Assembly (NCBI GenBank): GCA_014360465.1
Contig: JACIXQ010000002.1
Location: 3,719 to 67,718 of the forward strand
Reading direction: 5' to 3'
Source of the DNA: a bacterium
Lineage (GTDB): Bacteria; Armatimonadota; JACIXR01
DNA length: 64,000 nucleotides
The notes beneath the pieces were generated by a model. The model ran no database searches and was not told the origin of the DNA. It was given only the letters and a program-made list of their open reading frames with translations. Below are positions 48,546 to 58,800 of this stretch, piece after piece. The position numbers and the translations under genes were made by a program. Position 1 is the stretch's first letter. Each line of letters starts with the position of its first letter.

Positions 48546-49861
48546 AAAGATTCCGCTTGGGTGTAGATGTCGGGACAACGAGGGTAAAATCCGCGGTTGT
48601 AGATGAAAATGGTAATATAGTCAGTTTCGCATCCTATCAGATAAGACTCTATATTGAAGGAAATAGGATTGAAATTGACCCCGAGGAACTATGGAGGGCT
48701 GTAGTCGCAGTCATCAAGCAAACAACCTCCAGCGACTTCATAAAAGAAAACCTCATTGGACTTAGCCTGGCAACACAGGGAGGCACACTAATCCTCCTTG
48801 ATGAGAAAAACAATCCCATCAGACGAGCGATAACCTGGATGGACACTAGAGCAAAAGAGGAAAATGAAGAATTGCTGGAAAATTACGGAGCTGAATTCTT
48901 CTACAAGATAACTGGCTGGCTTCCTTCCCAAGCCTGCCTTCCCCTCTCACAGCTTCTCTGGCTTCGTAAAAAAGAAACGGATACTTTCAGAAAGATTGCC
49001 AAATGCCACTTCGTTGACTCCTACCTCCTTTACAGGCTTACTAAAAACGAATGCACAGACTGGACAAACGCAGCAATAACCATGCTATCCAACATCAGAG
49101 AGAAAAAGTGGGATGAAAGACTTTTAAAGATAGTTGGTATCAGCGAGGAGCAGTTGCCTTTGATAAAACCTCCTGGTACCCCTATATCTTCCCTCAGCGA
49201 GACCGCTTCCACAGAACTTGGCTTGCCTCGTGACACGCTCGTCTTTAGCGGAGGGCACGACCAGTATTGCTCAGCCCTTGGAGCTGGAATAGAGAGAGCA
49301 GGAGAAGTCCTACTATCGGCGGGAACAGCTTGGGTTGTCCTTGCAATAACCGATAAGCCCTACTTCAGCTCAACTTACGAATTTTACCCCGGACCACATC
49401 TCAGAGAAAATCTCTGGGGTGCCCTAACCTCCATCCCCTATGGTGGAGCCTCCTACGATTGGTTCTTGAAAAATATCCTGATGAACAAAATTTCCTATGA
49501 GGAAGCGGATGAATTAATAAAGAAAGCGGAAGGAGAAACACCGATTTTCAAGCCATTCCTATCCCAAAATGAAAGCAAAGCGGTTTTCTCTAATTTAGCC
49601 ATCAACCATACTACCGGTCATCTTCTCCGGGCAATTATGGAGGGAATAGCCCAGGAAGTTAAAAGGAAAATTCAGATTATGATTCAGGAGGGCATAGAGA
49701 TAAGGAGCTTGAAGATGGTGGGCGGAGGGGCAAGGAGCTCTGTTTGGCAATCCATCGTCTCCCAAACTCTTCGCCTCCCTGTTTCTATCCCGCCTAACCT
49801 TGAAACGGCTTGTCTCGGTGCCGCCTTGCTCGTCAATCTTAAAAAGGGTGATGAGATATGA
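48542..49861 (+). CDS. FGGY-family carbohydrate kinase (xylulokinase-like)
   Basis: 439 aa. N-terminal LGVDVGTTRVKSAVVDENG, GGTLILLD, and a C-terminal GGGARS motif. Confidence 0.8.
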   Translation: MKRFRLGVDVGTTRVKSAVVDENGNIVSFASYQIRLYIEGNRIEIDPEELWRAVVAVIKQTTSSDFIKENLIGLSLATQGGTLILLDEKNNPIRRAITWMDTRAKEENEELLENYGAEFFYKITGWLPSQACLPLSQLLWLRKKETDTFRKIAKCHFVDSYLLYRLTKNECTDWTNAAITMLSNIREKKWDERLLKIVGISEEQLPLIKPPGTPISSLSETASTELGLPRDTLVFSGGHDQYCSALGAGIERAGEVLLSAGTAWVVLAITDKPYFSSTYEFYPGPHLRENLWGALTSIPYGGASYDWFLKNILMNKISYEEADELIKKAEGETPIFKPFLSQNESKAVFSNLAINHTTGHLLRAIMEGIAQEVKRKIQIMIQEGIEIRSLKMVGGGARSSVWQSIVSQTLRLPVSIPPNLETACLGAALLVNLKKGDEI

Positions 49862-52791
49862 AATATTTCGCTAATTTTCTGCTCTTTATGTTTATTTTCT
49901 TCTCATTCAACGCAGTGCGAGGTGGTGATATGCAAACCTACAAATTAGGAAATTACCAATGGCATATAGAAGCCGAGAATCCACAGGACTTTTGGATGGA
50001 AGAAGAAGGTGGTCCCGATGGTTCGCCGTCACTCATAGGAAGAGCTTTTCCTAGCAAAGAAGGAAGATGGGTTTCTCAGGCAATAGATGTTGAAGAGAAA
50101 AGTGCCTATATGTTTTCAGCCCTTATTAAGTCGGAGCTCAACAGCGCGCAGGGAAGGTTGGAGCTTCTTTTCCTTGACGAAGTGGGTAATCAGAAGGCAA
50201 TTTTCACAAGCAAGACCATATTCCTTCATCACAACTGGTCCAGATATAAGGTTGTAGGAATCGCCCCCGAGGGAACGAAGAAAGCCATCCTCAGACTCGC
50301 CGTTCTGGGAACAGAGATGCAAAGCAGCGGGCAGATAAGAATGTCCCAGCCAAGCTTCGGAAAAAGCGTTCTGCTAAAGGCAAGCTTCACATCCCGGGGA
50401 AACATCATCATCCTTCCAAATAAGCCAATCCTCAAAATATCGCTTGAAGGATTTGCTCCTGAGAAAACATCAAAACTATCTCTTCAGGTTCAGGATTTCT
50501 TCGGACAATCAGTTTATCAAAAGGAAATAAACCTGAAAGGTAATAGCTACAGCTTGGAGCTTCCTCAGTTTGAGTCGGGCTATTATACACTTTTCCTAAA
50601 AGCCGAAGCAGATGGATTACTTACAAACGAAGAGGAGGTTTCCTTCGGTGTCATAACCCCGCTTCCCAAGGATTTCAATCCCAAGGAATCACCGATCTGT
50701 CTTGATGCTGGTATGAGCTGGTCCTATGCTCCAGATGAAGAAAGGCTTGACCTTGCCTGCTACCTCTGTGAGATCGCAGGAATAGGTCTTCTCCGCGACC
50801 GGCTCTGGTGGGGAGAGGTGGAAAAGGAGGAAGGAAAATTCCAGTGGGGACGCTACCTTCAATCAGCCAAAGCCCAGGAACGCCATAAGATAACCGTTTA
50901 CCAAATATTTCACGATTGCCCCAACTGGGCGAGCGTAACCCTACAAAATGGTGGAAAAGCTTCCAATCTTCCTCCCCGTGACTCCATCTATGTTTATAGA
51001 ATGGTCAACCGATTGGTGAAGGATTTAGGCAAGCAAGTTAGATACTTTGAGGTCTGGAACGAACCAAACATCGGCTTCTTCAATGGACGTCCTGAGGATT
51101 ACGCCGCCATTCTCAAAGCCGCTTACTTGGGAGCAAAGGATGCCGATCCCCTCTTTGGCATCCTGATAGGCTCAGCAGCGGGGACTCCAGGGGAGTTCTA
51201 TGAGAGGGTCTATGAAAACGATGTGGGAGGTTACTTCGACATATGCAATCAACATTGGTATGGCTCGCCTGAGGAACTCTTCAACTTCATCCCCAATGAA
51301 GTCCTCTCCCAGCTTCGTCGCTTCGGTCTTGACAAAAAACCTATTTGGATTACGGAAATGGGAATGAGAGCCTATCCATCAGAGAATGGAGATTTCAAGC
51401 CAGTAGAAAGACAACAAGCCTCCTATCTCGTGCGTGCTTACGCATCCGCCTTCGCTAACGGTATCTCCCGCTTCTTCTACTTCTATCTCTGCGAATTCTT
51501 AGAAGGTAGCGTCTCCTTATGGGGAATCGTTCGCTCAGACCTGACGCCAAAACCAACCTATATCGCCCTTGCCAACCTCATCCGTCAGTTAGGAGAAGCC
51601 AAATGCATCGGCTGGAAAAAAGTAGACGATGTATACCTTGTCGCTTTCAAAAGAAAAAACGGCGAAAACCTTCTTATAATTTGGGGAAAGGAAGGAGAAA
51701 AGTTAACACTTACAGCAAAAGGACCAGTTGTGGATATAATGGGGAGGATTACACAGAAAGGCGAAGCTCGCTCCCATATGCTTCAGCTCAACATCTCCTC
51801 TATGCCAATCTATGTGCGTGGCTTGAGCGAGAGGGATATTCAAAACCTCAAGCTTACTCCTCCTCTTCCATCCTCGGATTGGAAACCTGCTCCCGACCAA
51901 GAAATTGATAAAAAAAGAGTCTGGCTTCAGCTTGAGGTCAACCCCGATGAGCCACGCACGGGAGAGGAAAACGAGAAATGGGGAGCCTTCATTGAACCCG
52001 ATAAGCCTTTCAAGGTAACCGCCTGGGTTAACAATTATTCAGATTCCCCTACTACTGTCTCCCTTACCTGTCTACCTGACGAAATGTTCATACTACAAGG
52101 CGAATCCACAGCAAAATTGGAAGTAGCTCCTTGGCAGAGGGCTCGCTATGACTTCATACTCATCGGGGAAAACATCGTGCAAGGAGAGAAGATGGGCGTC
52201 AGCGTTATCCTTGAGACTAAACATCATAAGGAAAAAGGTAGGGTCTACCTTCAGTCACGCTCCTCAAACATCAGAGCCAAAAAAGAAAAAATCATTTGGG
52301 AGGGAGAAGGCGAACTAATAAAAAACCACTCTACAACAACAGAGCTTTCGTTTGAGAAGGACGAGAATGTAAAATTTGGCGACAAACCCTCTCTTAAGAT
52401 AGAAGCCCTTATCAAAAGTCCCGGAGATGCCTGGGTCTTCCCCCAAATCCACCTACCTGCTGACCTTGACCTGAGCGAATTCAAAGGAATTGAGATATGG
52501 AGCTATGTAGGAGAAAACGAGGAGAAAAACCTCAATCTTCAGCTTCAATTAGTTGAGGAGGATGGAGGAACCTATATTCTTCCCATTCTTCGCTCATTTA
52601 GGGAAGCAGGATGGCGAAGAGATATTGCCCTTCTTAGCTCTGCCCAACCAACTTCTTGGGGTCCTGACCCCGATGGAAAACTTGAACTTTCAAAGGTTCG
52701 CACCATTCTCCTCGGCTGGGGCGGCTACTCTGGTAAAGTCGGTGAAAAGGTCGTCTTTTATCTCGGAAAGGTCTCGTCCATAGACTGGTAG
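49858..52791 (+). CDS. Large secreted clan GH-A (GH39/GH5-like) glycoside hydrolase with N-terminal CBM-like and C-terminal Ig/CBM-like domains (putative)
   Basis: 977 aa. Signal peptide. Acid/base YFEVWNEPNIGFFNG, nucleophile WITEMGM, and CBM4/9-like segments at both ends. Confidence 0.55.
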   Translation: MKYFANFLLFMFIFFSFNAVRGGDMQTYKLGNYQWHIEAENPQDFWMEEEGGPDGSPSLIGRAFPSKEGRWVSQAIDVEEKSAYMFSALIKSELNSAQGRLELLFLDEVGNQKAIFTSKTIFLHHNWSRYKVVGIAPEGTKKAILRLAVLGTEMQSSGQIRMSQPSFGKSVLLKASFTSRGNIIILPNKPILKISLEGFAPEKTSKLSLQVQDFFGQSVYQKEINLKGNSYSLELPQFESGYYTLFLKAEADGLLTNEEEVSFGVITPLPKDFNPKESPICLDAGMSWSYAPDEERLDLACYLCEIAGIGLLRDRLWWGEVEKEEGKFQWGRYLQSAKAQERHKITVYQIFHDCPNWASVTLQNGGKASNLPPRDSIYVYRMVNRLVKDLGKQVRYFEVWNEPNIGFFNGRPEDYAAILKAAYLGAKDADPLFGILIGSAAGTPGEFYERVYENDVGGYFDICNQHWYGSPEELFNFIPNEVLSQLRRFGLDKKPIWITEMGMRAYPSENGDFKPVERQQASYLVRAYASAFANGISRFFYFYLCEFLEGSVSLWGIVRSDLTPKPTYIALANLIRQLGEAKCIGWKKVDDVYLVAFKRKNGENLLIIWGKEGEKLTLTAKGPVVDIMGRITQKGEARSHMLQLNISSMPIYVRGLSERDIQNLKLTPPLPSSDWKPAPDQEIDKKRVWLQLEVNPDEPRTGEENEKWGAFIEPDKPFKVTAWVNNYSDSPTTVSLTCLPDEMFILQGESTAKLEVAPWQRARYDFILIGENIVQGEKMGVSVILETKHHKEKGRVYLQSRSSNIRAKKEKIIWEGEGELIKNHSTTTELSFEKDENVKFGDKPSLKIEALIKSPGDAWVFPQIHLPADLDLSEFKGIEIWSYVGENEEKNLNLQLQLVEEDGGTYILPILRSFREAGWRRDIALLSSAQPTSWGPDPDGKLELSKVRTILLGWGGYSGKVGEKVVFYLGKVSSIDW

Positions 52792-52794
52792 AAC

Positions 52795-53970
52795 CTAAAT
52801 GCTTCCCGTCTCTGCTATTTTTCTCTTCAATTCAAGATAATATAGAAAGTTATCCAGGGGCACTTCGGGAGGCACAGTGTGGTCTACAGTTGGTATATAG
52901 CCTCCAAATTCCAACATTGGGATAATTTTTCTCCTCAATTCTTCCTCTATCGCCTTTTTATCCTTTGCCAACTCCCGTTTATCTATGCCTCCCATAAAGG
53001 CGAGGTCTTTCCCGTATTCTTTTCTCAATTTCACCGGGTCCATTTCCGCAGCGGATTCCAAAGGCCAGTGGCAATTTATTCCTGCCTCAATTATCAATGG
53101 AATCAGGGGCTCCGTATTACCATCACTGTCAAGCTCTATGACCTTGACATTATGTTTTCTCAAATATTCTGAGATAGCTTTGTGCCTCGGCTGGAAAAAT
53201 TCTTTATAAATCTTAGGGGAAATTAAAGGACCATTTTTGAAGGCGAAATCCTCATTGAAGGTAAAAGCATCTATTTCGAGCTCGGTCAATACCTTCTTGG
53301 TAGTCTCTATGAAGAACTCCACCATCCAATCCAATATCTCGTGGACAAGCTCGGGCTGGTCGTAAAAGGCATAGGATAGGTTCTCCGTGCCCATCATCTG
53401 TCGGAGGTTCCAGTACAACCCGGCAAATCCACAGTTCTCCGTCAAATATAAAGGATAGTCCCGGCTCATCCATTTCCTCTTCAATTCCTCCCAGTTTTTG
53501 GGGTAACGGGAAGGGTCTTTAGGGTCAAAACGTTTCTTGAACTCAAGAAAATCTTCCCTTTTTTTGACGAAGAAATCCATATAGGTATCCATACAGATGC
53601 GAGTTCCCCTCACGGTTCCCTCCTTGAGAGCCCTGTGTTTCTGCCCCCATCTATCTATGAATACAACATATCTCTCATCCTCCTCAAGGATTTGGTCAAA
53701 GCCAGGTATGGGACCCATATCCAAGGGGATGAAATCCCTCCTATCCAGCTGAGCGAACTTAGGCTCCCCTCTGAACCAATCCCCTGCGAGTTCATCCTCT
53801 CTGAGCCCTTCCTGAAGCCATCTTTCATAGGTCTGCCCCCAAATCCCGAGTTCATAATAGGGATAGCGGTCAACTGGCTTGAAAGAGATGGTGGCTAAAA
53901 ACCTCTCTCTTTGATTCACGGACAGCACCTCCACGGAAAGAAGATTTATATAAGATAGGATAAAGGTCAC
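52795..53970 (-). CDS. URO-D-like (MtaA/CmuA family) protein, paralog 2
   Basis: 391 aa. LDSDGNTEPLIPLIIEAGINC and the C-terminal YYLELKRK block are shared with paralogs 1 and 3. Confidence 0.65.
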   Translation of the reverse strand: MTFILSYINLLSVEVLSVNQRERFLATISFKPVDRYPYYELGIWGQTYERWLQEGLREDELAGDWFRGEPKFAQLDRRDFIPLDMGPIPGFDQILEEDERYVVFIDRWGQKHRALKEGTVRGTRICMDTYMDFFVKKREDFLEFKKRFDPKDPSRYPKNWEELKRKWMSRDYPLYLTENCGFAGLYWNLRQMMGTENLSYAFYDQPELVHEILDWMVEFFIETTKKVLTELEIDAFTFNEDFAFKNGPLISPKIYKEFFQPRHKAISEYLRKHNVKVIELDSDGNTEPLIPLIIEAGINCHWPLESAAEMDPVKLRKEYGKDLAFMGGIDKRELAKDKKAIEEELRRKIIPMLEFGGYIPTVDHTVPPEVPLDNFLYYLELKRKIAETGSI

Positions 53971-54310
53971 GAAGAATTAATCAAGCGATTTAATAAAAGT
54001 TATATTTCTCAAAATCTATTCAACATCTTGACTTATAAACCATCTTTAATATTCCATCGCCCCTTCTGCTTTGAAATGTGATACTCCACAAAAAGTGCAA
54101 AAATCTTGGTTGTCTACTTGTGGTTTCTATTATTACAACCTCCTCACCTCCTTCTAAATCTTCAATTGTAAGATAATCAAATATTGAAAAGCATTCTTGC
54201 TTTGGACATTCTTCCTTCCACATAATCATAATACAATGTAAATCTTTGAAAAATAAAAAAGCTTGCCTTGGACTCCAAAGTATTACTTGAGAGGAGTAGT
54301 TCATTTAACG

Positions 54311-55879
54311 ATGAATCTTAAAAGAAAGCGATTTCTCTCAAAAGACGATATCGTCTGGCTTATGGCAGTTTACCTTGTTTTTTCCTTCACATTCTCTTTG
54401 CCTTACATTGTAGGAGCCTTACTCACACCGCCAGGTGAAAAATACCTCGGGCTAATTCGTATTTCCGATGATTTACTTATCTATCTCTCCTGGATCCAAC
54501 AAATTAGAGATGGAAACATATTTTTCGTTAATCTTTATAACTCTGAGCCACAGCGATACCCTTTCTTCAGTTTCTTCCCCCTAATCTTGGGTTGGCTAGC
54601 AAGAATGTTGCATATCTCCTCTCTTAAAGCGTTATTTCTTTCCCGCTATCTTTTCTCATTTGTTTTTATTCTCCTAATGTATTCTTTTCTTTCCTTCATA
54701 TTTAATGACAAGAAAGTGGTGAAAACAGGTTTACTTATCGTCCTTTTTTCCTCGGGAATAGGTTGGTTGACAGGTGGTTATTCCCCAATGAGGGGGATAG
54801 AGAATTCCGTTGACTTATGGCAACCCGAGGCTACTGTGTTCTTCACTTCCTATGTCAATCCATTGCATCTATTTTCTTTGATATTCATCGTTGGATTTTT
54901 CTATTCCCTTTTGAGGTTGAAAGGAATTAAAGGCGGGATAATTGCTGGTCTTTGCCTTTCAGTCCTCGCAAACGCACATAGCTACGATTTAATAATCCTT
55001 GCCTCAATCTGGGGGATATATATTTTCATCCTATGGGTTTGGAAGGAGAGCTTCCCCCTCAATGAGGTGAGGAATGCATTGATTGCTTTGCTTGTGGCTT
55101 CCCCTGCTATGATATACCAATTACTAATCCTCTTCAAAGACCCCATTTTCTCTCAAAGAGCAAAGGCTCCTCTACCTTCCCCTTCGTTTTACTGGTATTT
55201 AACAGGTATGGGCTTTTTGATTCCCCTTGCAGTTTGGGGAATAATTAAAAAAGTGAAAGAGAAAAGAGCTGATGAGATACTTGTTTTCCTTGCCACCTGG
55301 GCGATAGCTGGTTTTTTCCTACCTTACCTCCCTTTTCCATTTCAGTACAAGCTTTTTATGGGAACACAAATTCCCCTTGCGATACTTTCAACAATGGCGA
55401 TAACATCTTTGAAAGTCAAGGGGGATGTTCTTCCCTTCTTGCTTCCCATCCTGTTCCTTTCCAACCTTGTCATAATCGGCAACAGGATTTACACAATCGC
55501 ATTAAATGGACCGGGCAATCTTTCTTATGAAGAATTAGAAAGCTTCCGATGGCTGAAGGAAAATACTCCTCGCAGTTCTACAATCCTCGCTTTTCCCGAT
55601 TTTGCCATATACATACCAGCCTTCACAGGGCGGAGAGTGTTCGCAGGACATTATATTGAAACTGTAGACTTCCGGCGAAAAGCGATGGAAGTTATCAGAT
55701 TTTATCTACAGGATGAAAATGAGAAAAATAAGGATTTTCTCAAAAATAACAATATTGAATATGTATATTACGGAAGATATGAACGATTTCTATTTCCGCA
55801 ATTTCTCAAGCATAACCACTCCTTCTTAGAAATCGTCTTTCATCAGGGAAATGTACGTATTTTCAAAGTGAAGAAGTGA
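54311..55879 (+). CDS. Polytopic membrane protein, putative GT-C-like glycosyltransferase, paralog A
   Basis: Start placed at ATG 54311 (MNLKRKRF...), parallel to the paralog B N-terminus. The listed 54263 is a TTG with no RBS. About 12 TM helices, first-loop Asp pair (ISDDLLIYLSWIQQIRDG), and a C-terminal soluble domain. Roughly 45% identical to 57220-58800 by eye. Confidence 0.5.
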   Translation: MNLKRKRFLSKDDIVWLMAVYLVFSFTFSLPYIVGALLTPPGEKYLGLIRISDDLLIYLSWIQQIRDGNIFFVNLYNSEPQRYPFFSFFPLILGWLARMLHISSLKALFLSRYLFSFVFILLMYSFLSFIFNDKKVVKTGLLIVLFSSGIGWLTGGYSPMRGIENSVDLWQPEATVFFTSYVNPLHLFSLIFIVGFFYSLLRLKGIKGGIIAGLCLSVLANAHSYDLIILASIWGIYIFILWVWKESFPLNEVRNALIALLVASPAMIYQLLILFKDPIFSQRAKAPLPSPSFYWYLTGMGFLIPLAVWGIIKKVKEKRADEILVFLATWAIAGFFLPYLPFPFQYKLFMGTQIPLAILSTMAITSLKVKGDVLPFLLPILFLSNLVIIGNRIYTIALNGPGNLSYEELESFRWLKENTPRSSTILAFPDFAIYIPAFTGRRVFAGHYIETVDFRRKAMEVIRFYLQDENEKNKDFLKNNNIEYVYYGRYERFLFPQFLKHNHSFLEIVFHQGNVRIFKVKK

Positions 55880-56097
55880 ATACTTCTCTTGTGGTGTCTT
55901 TCCTCAAAAACAAATCGCTTTGAAAGCCTTGTTTACTCGCTTCCCAAAATCTCAATCCGTTCGGTAACATCATTTACTATTTGCTGAAATGTAACTTGGT
56001 GTAGAAAGGAAACTATTTTTCAGTAAATTATTGTTAAGGGAGAGCGTAGAGTTGAATACTTTTAAAGAAGAAATTATAATGAATAAAAAAGACCAAA

Positions 56098-57216
56098 ATG
56101 CTTAGCTTATTGAGGCAGAGTTTAAAAGAACTTGATTATTACTTTGTTATTCCCCTTTTCCTACTAATTGGCGTAGGGTTATTGTTTATTTACAGCGCCA
56201 CAAAGGAAGCCTCCTCAAATACATATTCAATAAGCCTGTTGATAAGACAATCAGTATGGGCCATCATCTCACTTGCTTTTTTCTTTCTGATAACTATCAC
56301 AGATTACCGGCAGCTTCCACGCTTCTCCAACCTCATTTATTTTTTGATGTCATTCCTTCTGATTTTGGTTCTTTTGCTGGGCAAAAAGACAAGTGGCGCG
56401 CAAAGATGGTTCCAGTTAGGTCCTATAACCTTCCAACCCTCGGAATTGGCAAAAGTTATGCTTCTCATCACCATCTCCTCTTTTTGGGCAAAAAATCATT
56501 CTAAGGCAGGGGATTTAGAGACGATTTTTCGCTCTTTTATCCATATAAGCATCCCTACTCTGCTCGTCTTTTTTCAACCTGACTTGGGCACTTCCCTCAC
56601 CTTCGTGGTAATCTGGTTAGCTTCACTTTTGATAGTGGGTGTTAAAGTAAAGCATCTTATAGCCATTGGGGTAGCTGGTATCATCCTGGTGATTATGGCT
56701 TGGCATTTTGATATCATTCGCCCTTATCAAAAGAAACGGATAGAGGTCTTTCTCAATCCCAATGCAGACCCTTATGGAGCCGGCTATCATATCATCCAGT
56801 CAAGAATTGCTATAGGTTCAGGAGAAGTTTGGGGAAAAGGCTTATTCAAAGGAACACAAAATAGGCTGAATTACATACCAGCTCAACATACGGATTTCAT
56901 TTTCACTGTTGTAGGGGAAGAGCTCGGATTTGTAGGCTGTTTATTCGTGATTCTACTTTATTTTCTGATGATTTGGCGTTGTTTTTTAACATCGCTTGAA
57001 ACTGAAGACCTACTTGGGCAGATGATTTGCGCACTCGTAGGTGTCCTGCTTACTTTTCACTCATTCGTCAACATAGGGATGACTCTCGGCATAATGCCTG
57101 CCGTTGGTATTCCCCTACCCTTCTTAAGCTATGGAGGTAGCAATCTTCTTTCCTTCTGCATAATGGCTGGATTGGTGCAGAGCATCCATCAAAGGAGGAA
57201 GAAATTGTCTTTCTAA
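56098..57216 (+). CDS. SEDS-family peptidoglycan glycosyltransferase homolog (RodA/FtsW/SpoVE-like)
   Basis: 372 aa with 10 TM helices. FQPSELAKVMLLI (compare FtsW QPSEFAK), GSGEVWGKG, and IPAQHTDFIFTVVGEELGFVGC (compare PEAHTDFIFA..GEELG). Confidence 0.8.
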   Translation: MLSLLRQSLKELDYYFVIPLFLLIGVGLLFIYSATKEASSNTYSISLLIRQSVWAIISLAFFFLITITDYRQLPRFSNLIYFLMSFLLILVLLLGKKTSGAQRWFQLGPITFQPSELAKVMLLITISSFWAKNHSKAGDLETIFRSFIHISIPTLLVFFQPDLGTSLTFVVIWLASLLIVGVKVKHLIAIGVAGIILVIMAWHFDIIRPYQKKRIEVFLNPNADPYGAGYHIIQSRIAIGSGEVWGKGLFKGTQNRLNYIPAQHTDFIFTVVGEELGFVGCLFVILLYFLMIWRCFLTSLETEDLLGQMICALVGVLLTFHSFVNIGMTLGIMPAVGIPLPFLSYGGSNLLSFCIMAGLVQSIHQRRKKLSF

Positions 57217-57219
57217 GCG

Positions 57220-58800
57220 ATGAAATCGGATAGAATCCAAAGTGATGAAGTTCTCTGGGTTATAGCTGTTGGACTTGTTGCATGTTTACTCTTCTCCTTG
57301 CCATATATAGTAGGCGCCTTTATGTGCCCGCCTAACGCAAAATTCCTCGGTCTTCTTAGACTCAAAGACGACCTTGCAGTTTATCTATCTTGGATAGAAC
57401 AGGTTCGGCAAGGACATATCTTCTTCGTTAACCTCTTCACAAACATCCCTCAGAAACATCCATTCTTCAATATCTTCGCCCTTTTGATGGGAGCAGTTAG
57501 CAAGCTTTCAAATATCTCCCCTGTTAAATTGCTCTTCATTTCCCGTTATATCCTCGCTTTTATATTAGTTTTCACACTGTATTATTTAATTTCCTTCATT
57601 TTCCCAGATAAAGTAACGAGGAAAGTAGCCTTGTTGTTGGTCCTTTTCTCCTCTGGGCTGGGATGGTTGACGGGTGGATATGCTCCTCAAAGGGGATTTG
57701 AAAACTCGGTTGACCTCTGGCAACCCGAGTCAACGGTCTTCTTCATCCTTTATGTTAACCCCTTGTTCACCTTCGCCCTAATTCTTATGCTCTGCTTCTT
57801 TCTCGCCCTTCTTAAATTGAGAGGTTGGAAAAGCGGAGTTATCGCAGGTATATGCTTACTCGTTTTGGCAAATGTCCACACTTATGATATCTTAATAGTC
57901 GGTCTTGTCTGGATATTCTTTATCTTTGCACTCTCTTTGAAAGAAAGGAAAATACAATGGAAACTGATACTACCCGCTTTAATTGCTTCTCTCATCGCAA
58001 TTCCTGCAATATACTATCAAATCTATCTTTTGAAAAATGAACCATTATTCGCAAAAAGAGCAGAAGTCCCTACGCTTTCGCCTTCCTTTCGCTGGTATCT
58101 TACCGGAATGGGTTTGCTCATCCCCTTAGCCTTATGGGGAGCAACAAGAAGGGTAAAGGAAAGAAAAAAAGACGACCAGCTCCTTTTCCTTCTTTGCTGG
58201 ATAGTTGCGGGTTTCATCCTACCCTATCTTCCTTTTTCATTTCAGCGAAAATTGTTTATGGGTACACAGATACCTCTTGCTCTACTGTCAACTTTTGCTA
58301 TTTGTCCCGAGTTTATCAAAGAAAAAAGAAATATCCTGCCCTTTCTCCTTCCCTTCTTGTTCCTCTCCAACATCGTTGTTCTGGGAACGGACATTTATTC
58401 CCTGATTACCAATCAACCCCTATATCCCCAACCTAATTATATAAGTGATAATGAAAGCGAAGCCCTGGAATGGTTGAAAAATTGGACTACTCCAGAGGAA
58501 ACAATATTGGCAATCCCCGATTTCGCCTGCTATATACCCGCCTTATGTGGCAGGAGAGTTTACGCTGGGCACTGGGGTGAAACTCCCGATTATGAGAAAA
58601 AGTATAAAGAGGTTTTAAGGTTTTATAAAGCTACCGACCCATATATAAAAAAGACCTTCCTTAAAGAAAACAACATAAAGTTTGTTTACTATGGCAGCTA
58701 TGAACGGTTTTTTGCACCGCTGTTTCCCCAGCTTGAAAATCCTTTTCTCCAAAAGATCTACCAAAATGAAGAGGTCATTATCTGGAGGGTTTTAGATTGA
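57220..58800 (+). CDS. Polytopic membrane protein, putative GT-C-like glycosyltransferase, paralog B
   Basis: 526 aa. Collinear with paralog A (LPYIVGAFMCPPNAKFLGLLRLKDDLAVYLSWIEQVRQGHIFFVNLF versus LPYIVGALLTPPGEKYLGLIRISDDLLIYLSWIQQIRDGNIFFVNLY). Confidence 0.5.
   Translation: MKSDRIQSDEVLWVIAVGLVACLLFSLPYIVGAFMCPPNAKFLGLLRLKDDLAVYLSWIEQVRQGHIFFVNLFTNIPQKHPFFNIFALLMGAVSKLSNISPVKLLFISRYILAFILVFTLYYLISFIFPDKVTRKVALLLVLFSSGLGWLTGGYAPQRGFENSVDLWQPESTVFFILYVNPLFTFALILMLCFFLALLKLRGWKSGVIAGICLLVLANVHTYDILIVGLVWIFFIFALSLKERKIQWKLILPALIASLIAIPAIYYQIYLLKNEPLFAKRAEVPTLSPSFRWYLTGMGLLIPLALWGATRRVKERKKDDQLLFLLCWIVAGFILPYLPFSFQRKLFMGTQIPLALLSTFAICPEFIKEKRNILPFLLPFLFLSNIVVLGTDIYSLITNQPLYPQPNYISDNESEALEWLKNWTTPEETILAIPDFACYIPALCGRRVYAGHWGETPDYEKKYKEVLRFYKATDPYIKKTFLKENNIKFVYYGSYERFFAPLFPQLENPFLQKIYQNEEVIIWRVLD

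Noticed and set aside
54020-54304. 94-aa minus-strand ORF in the divergent intergenic region upstream of membrane paralog A
   Set aside because: No convincing RBS. Low-complexity, Cys/Trp-odd composition. It overlaps the probable promoter and 5' region of the + strand gene, so it is likely spurious.
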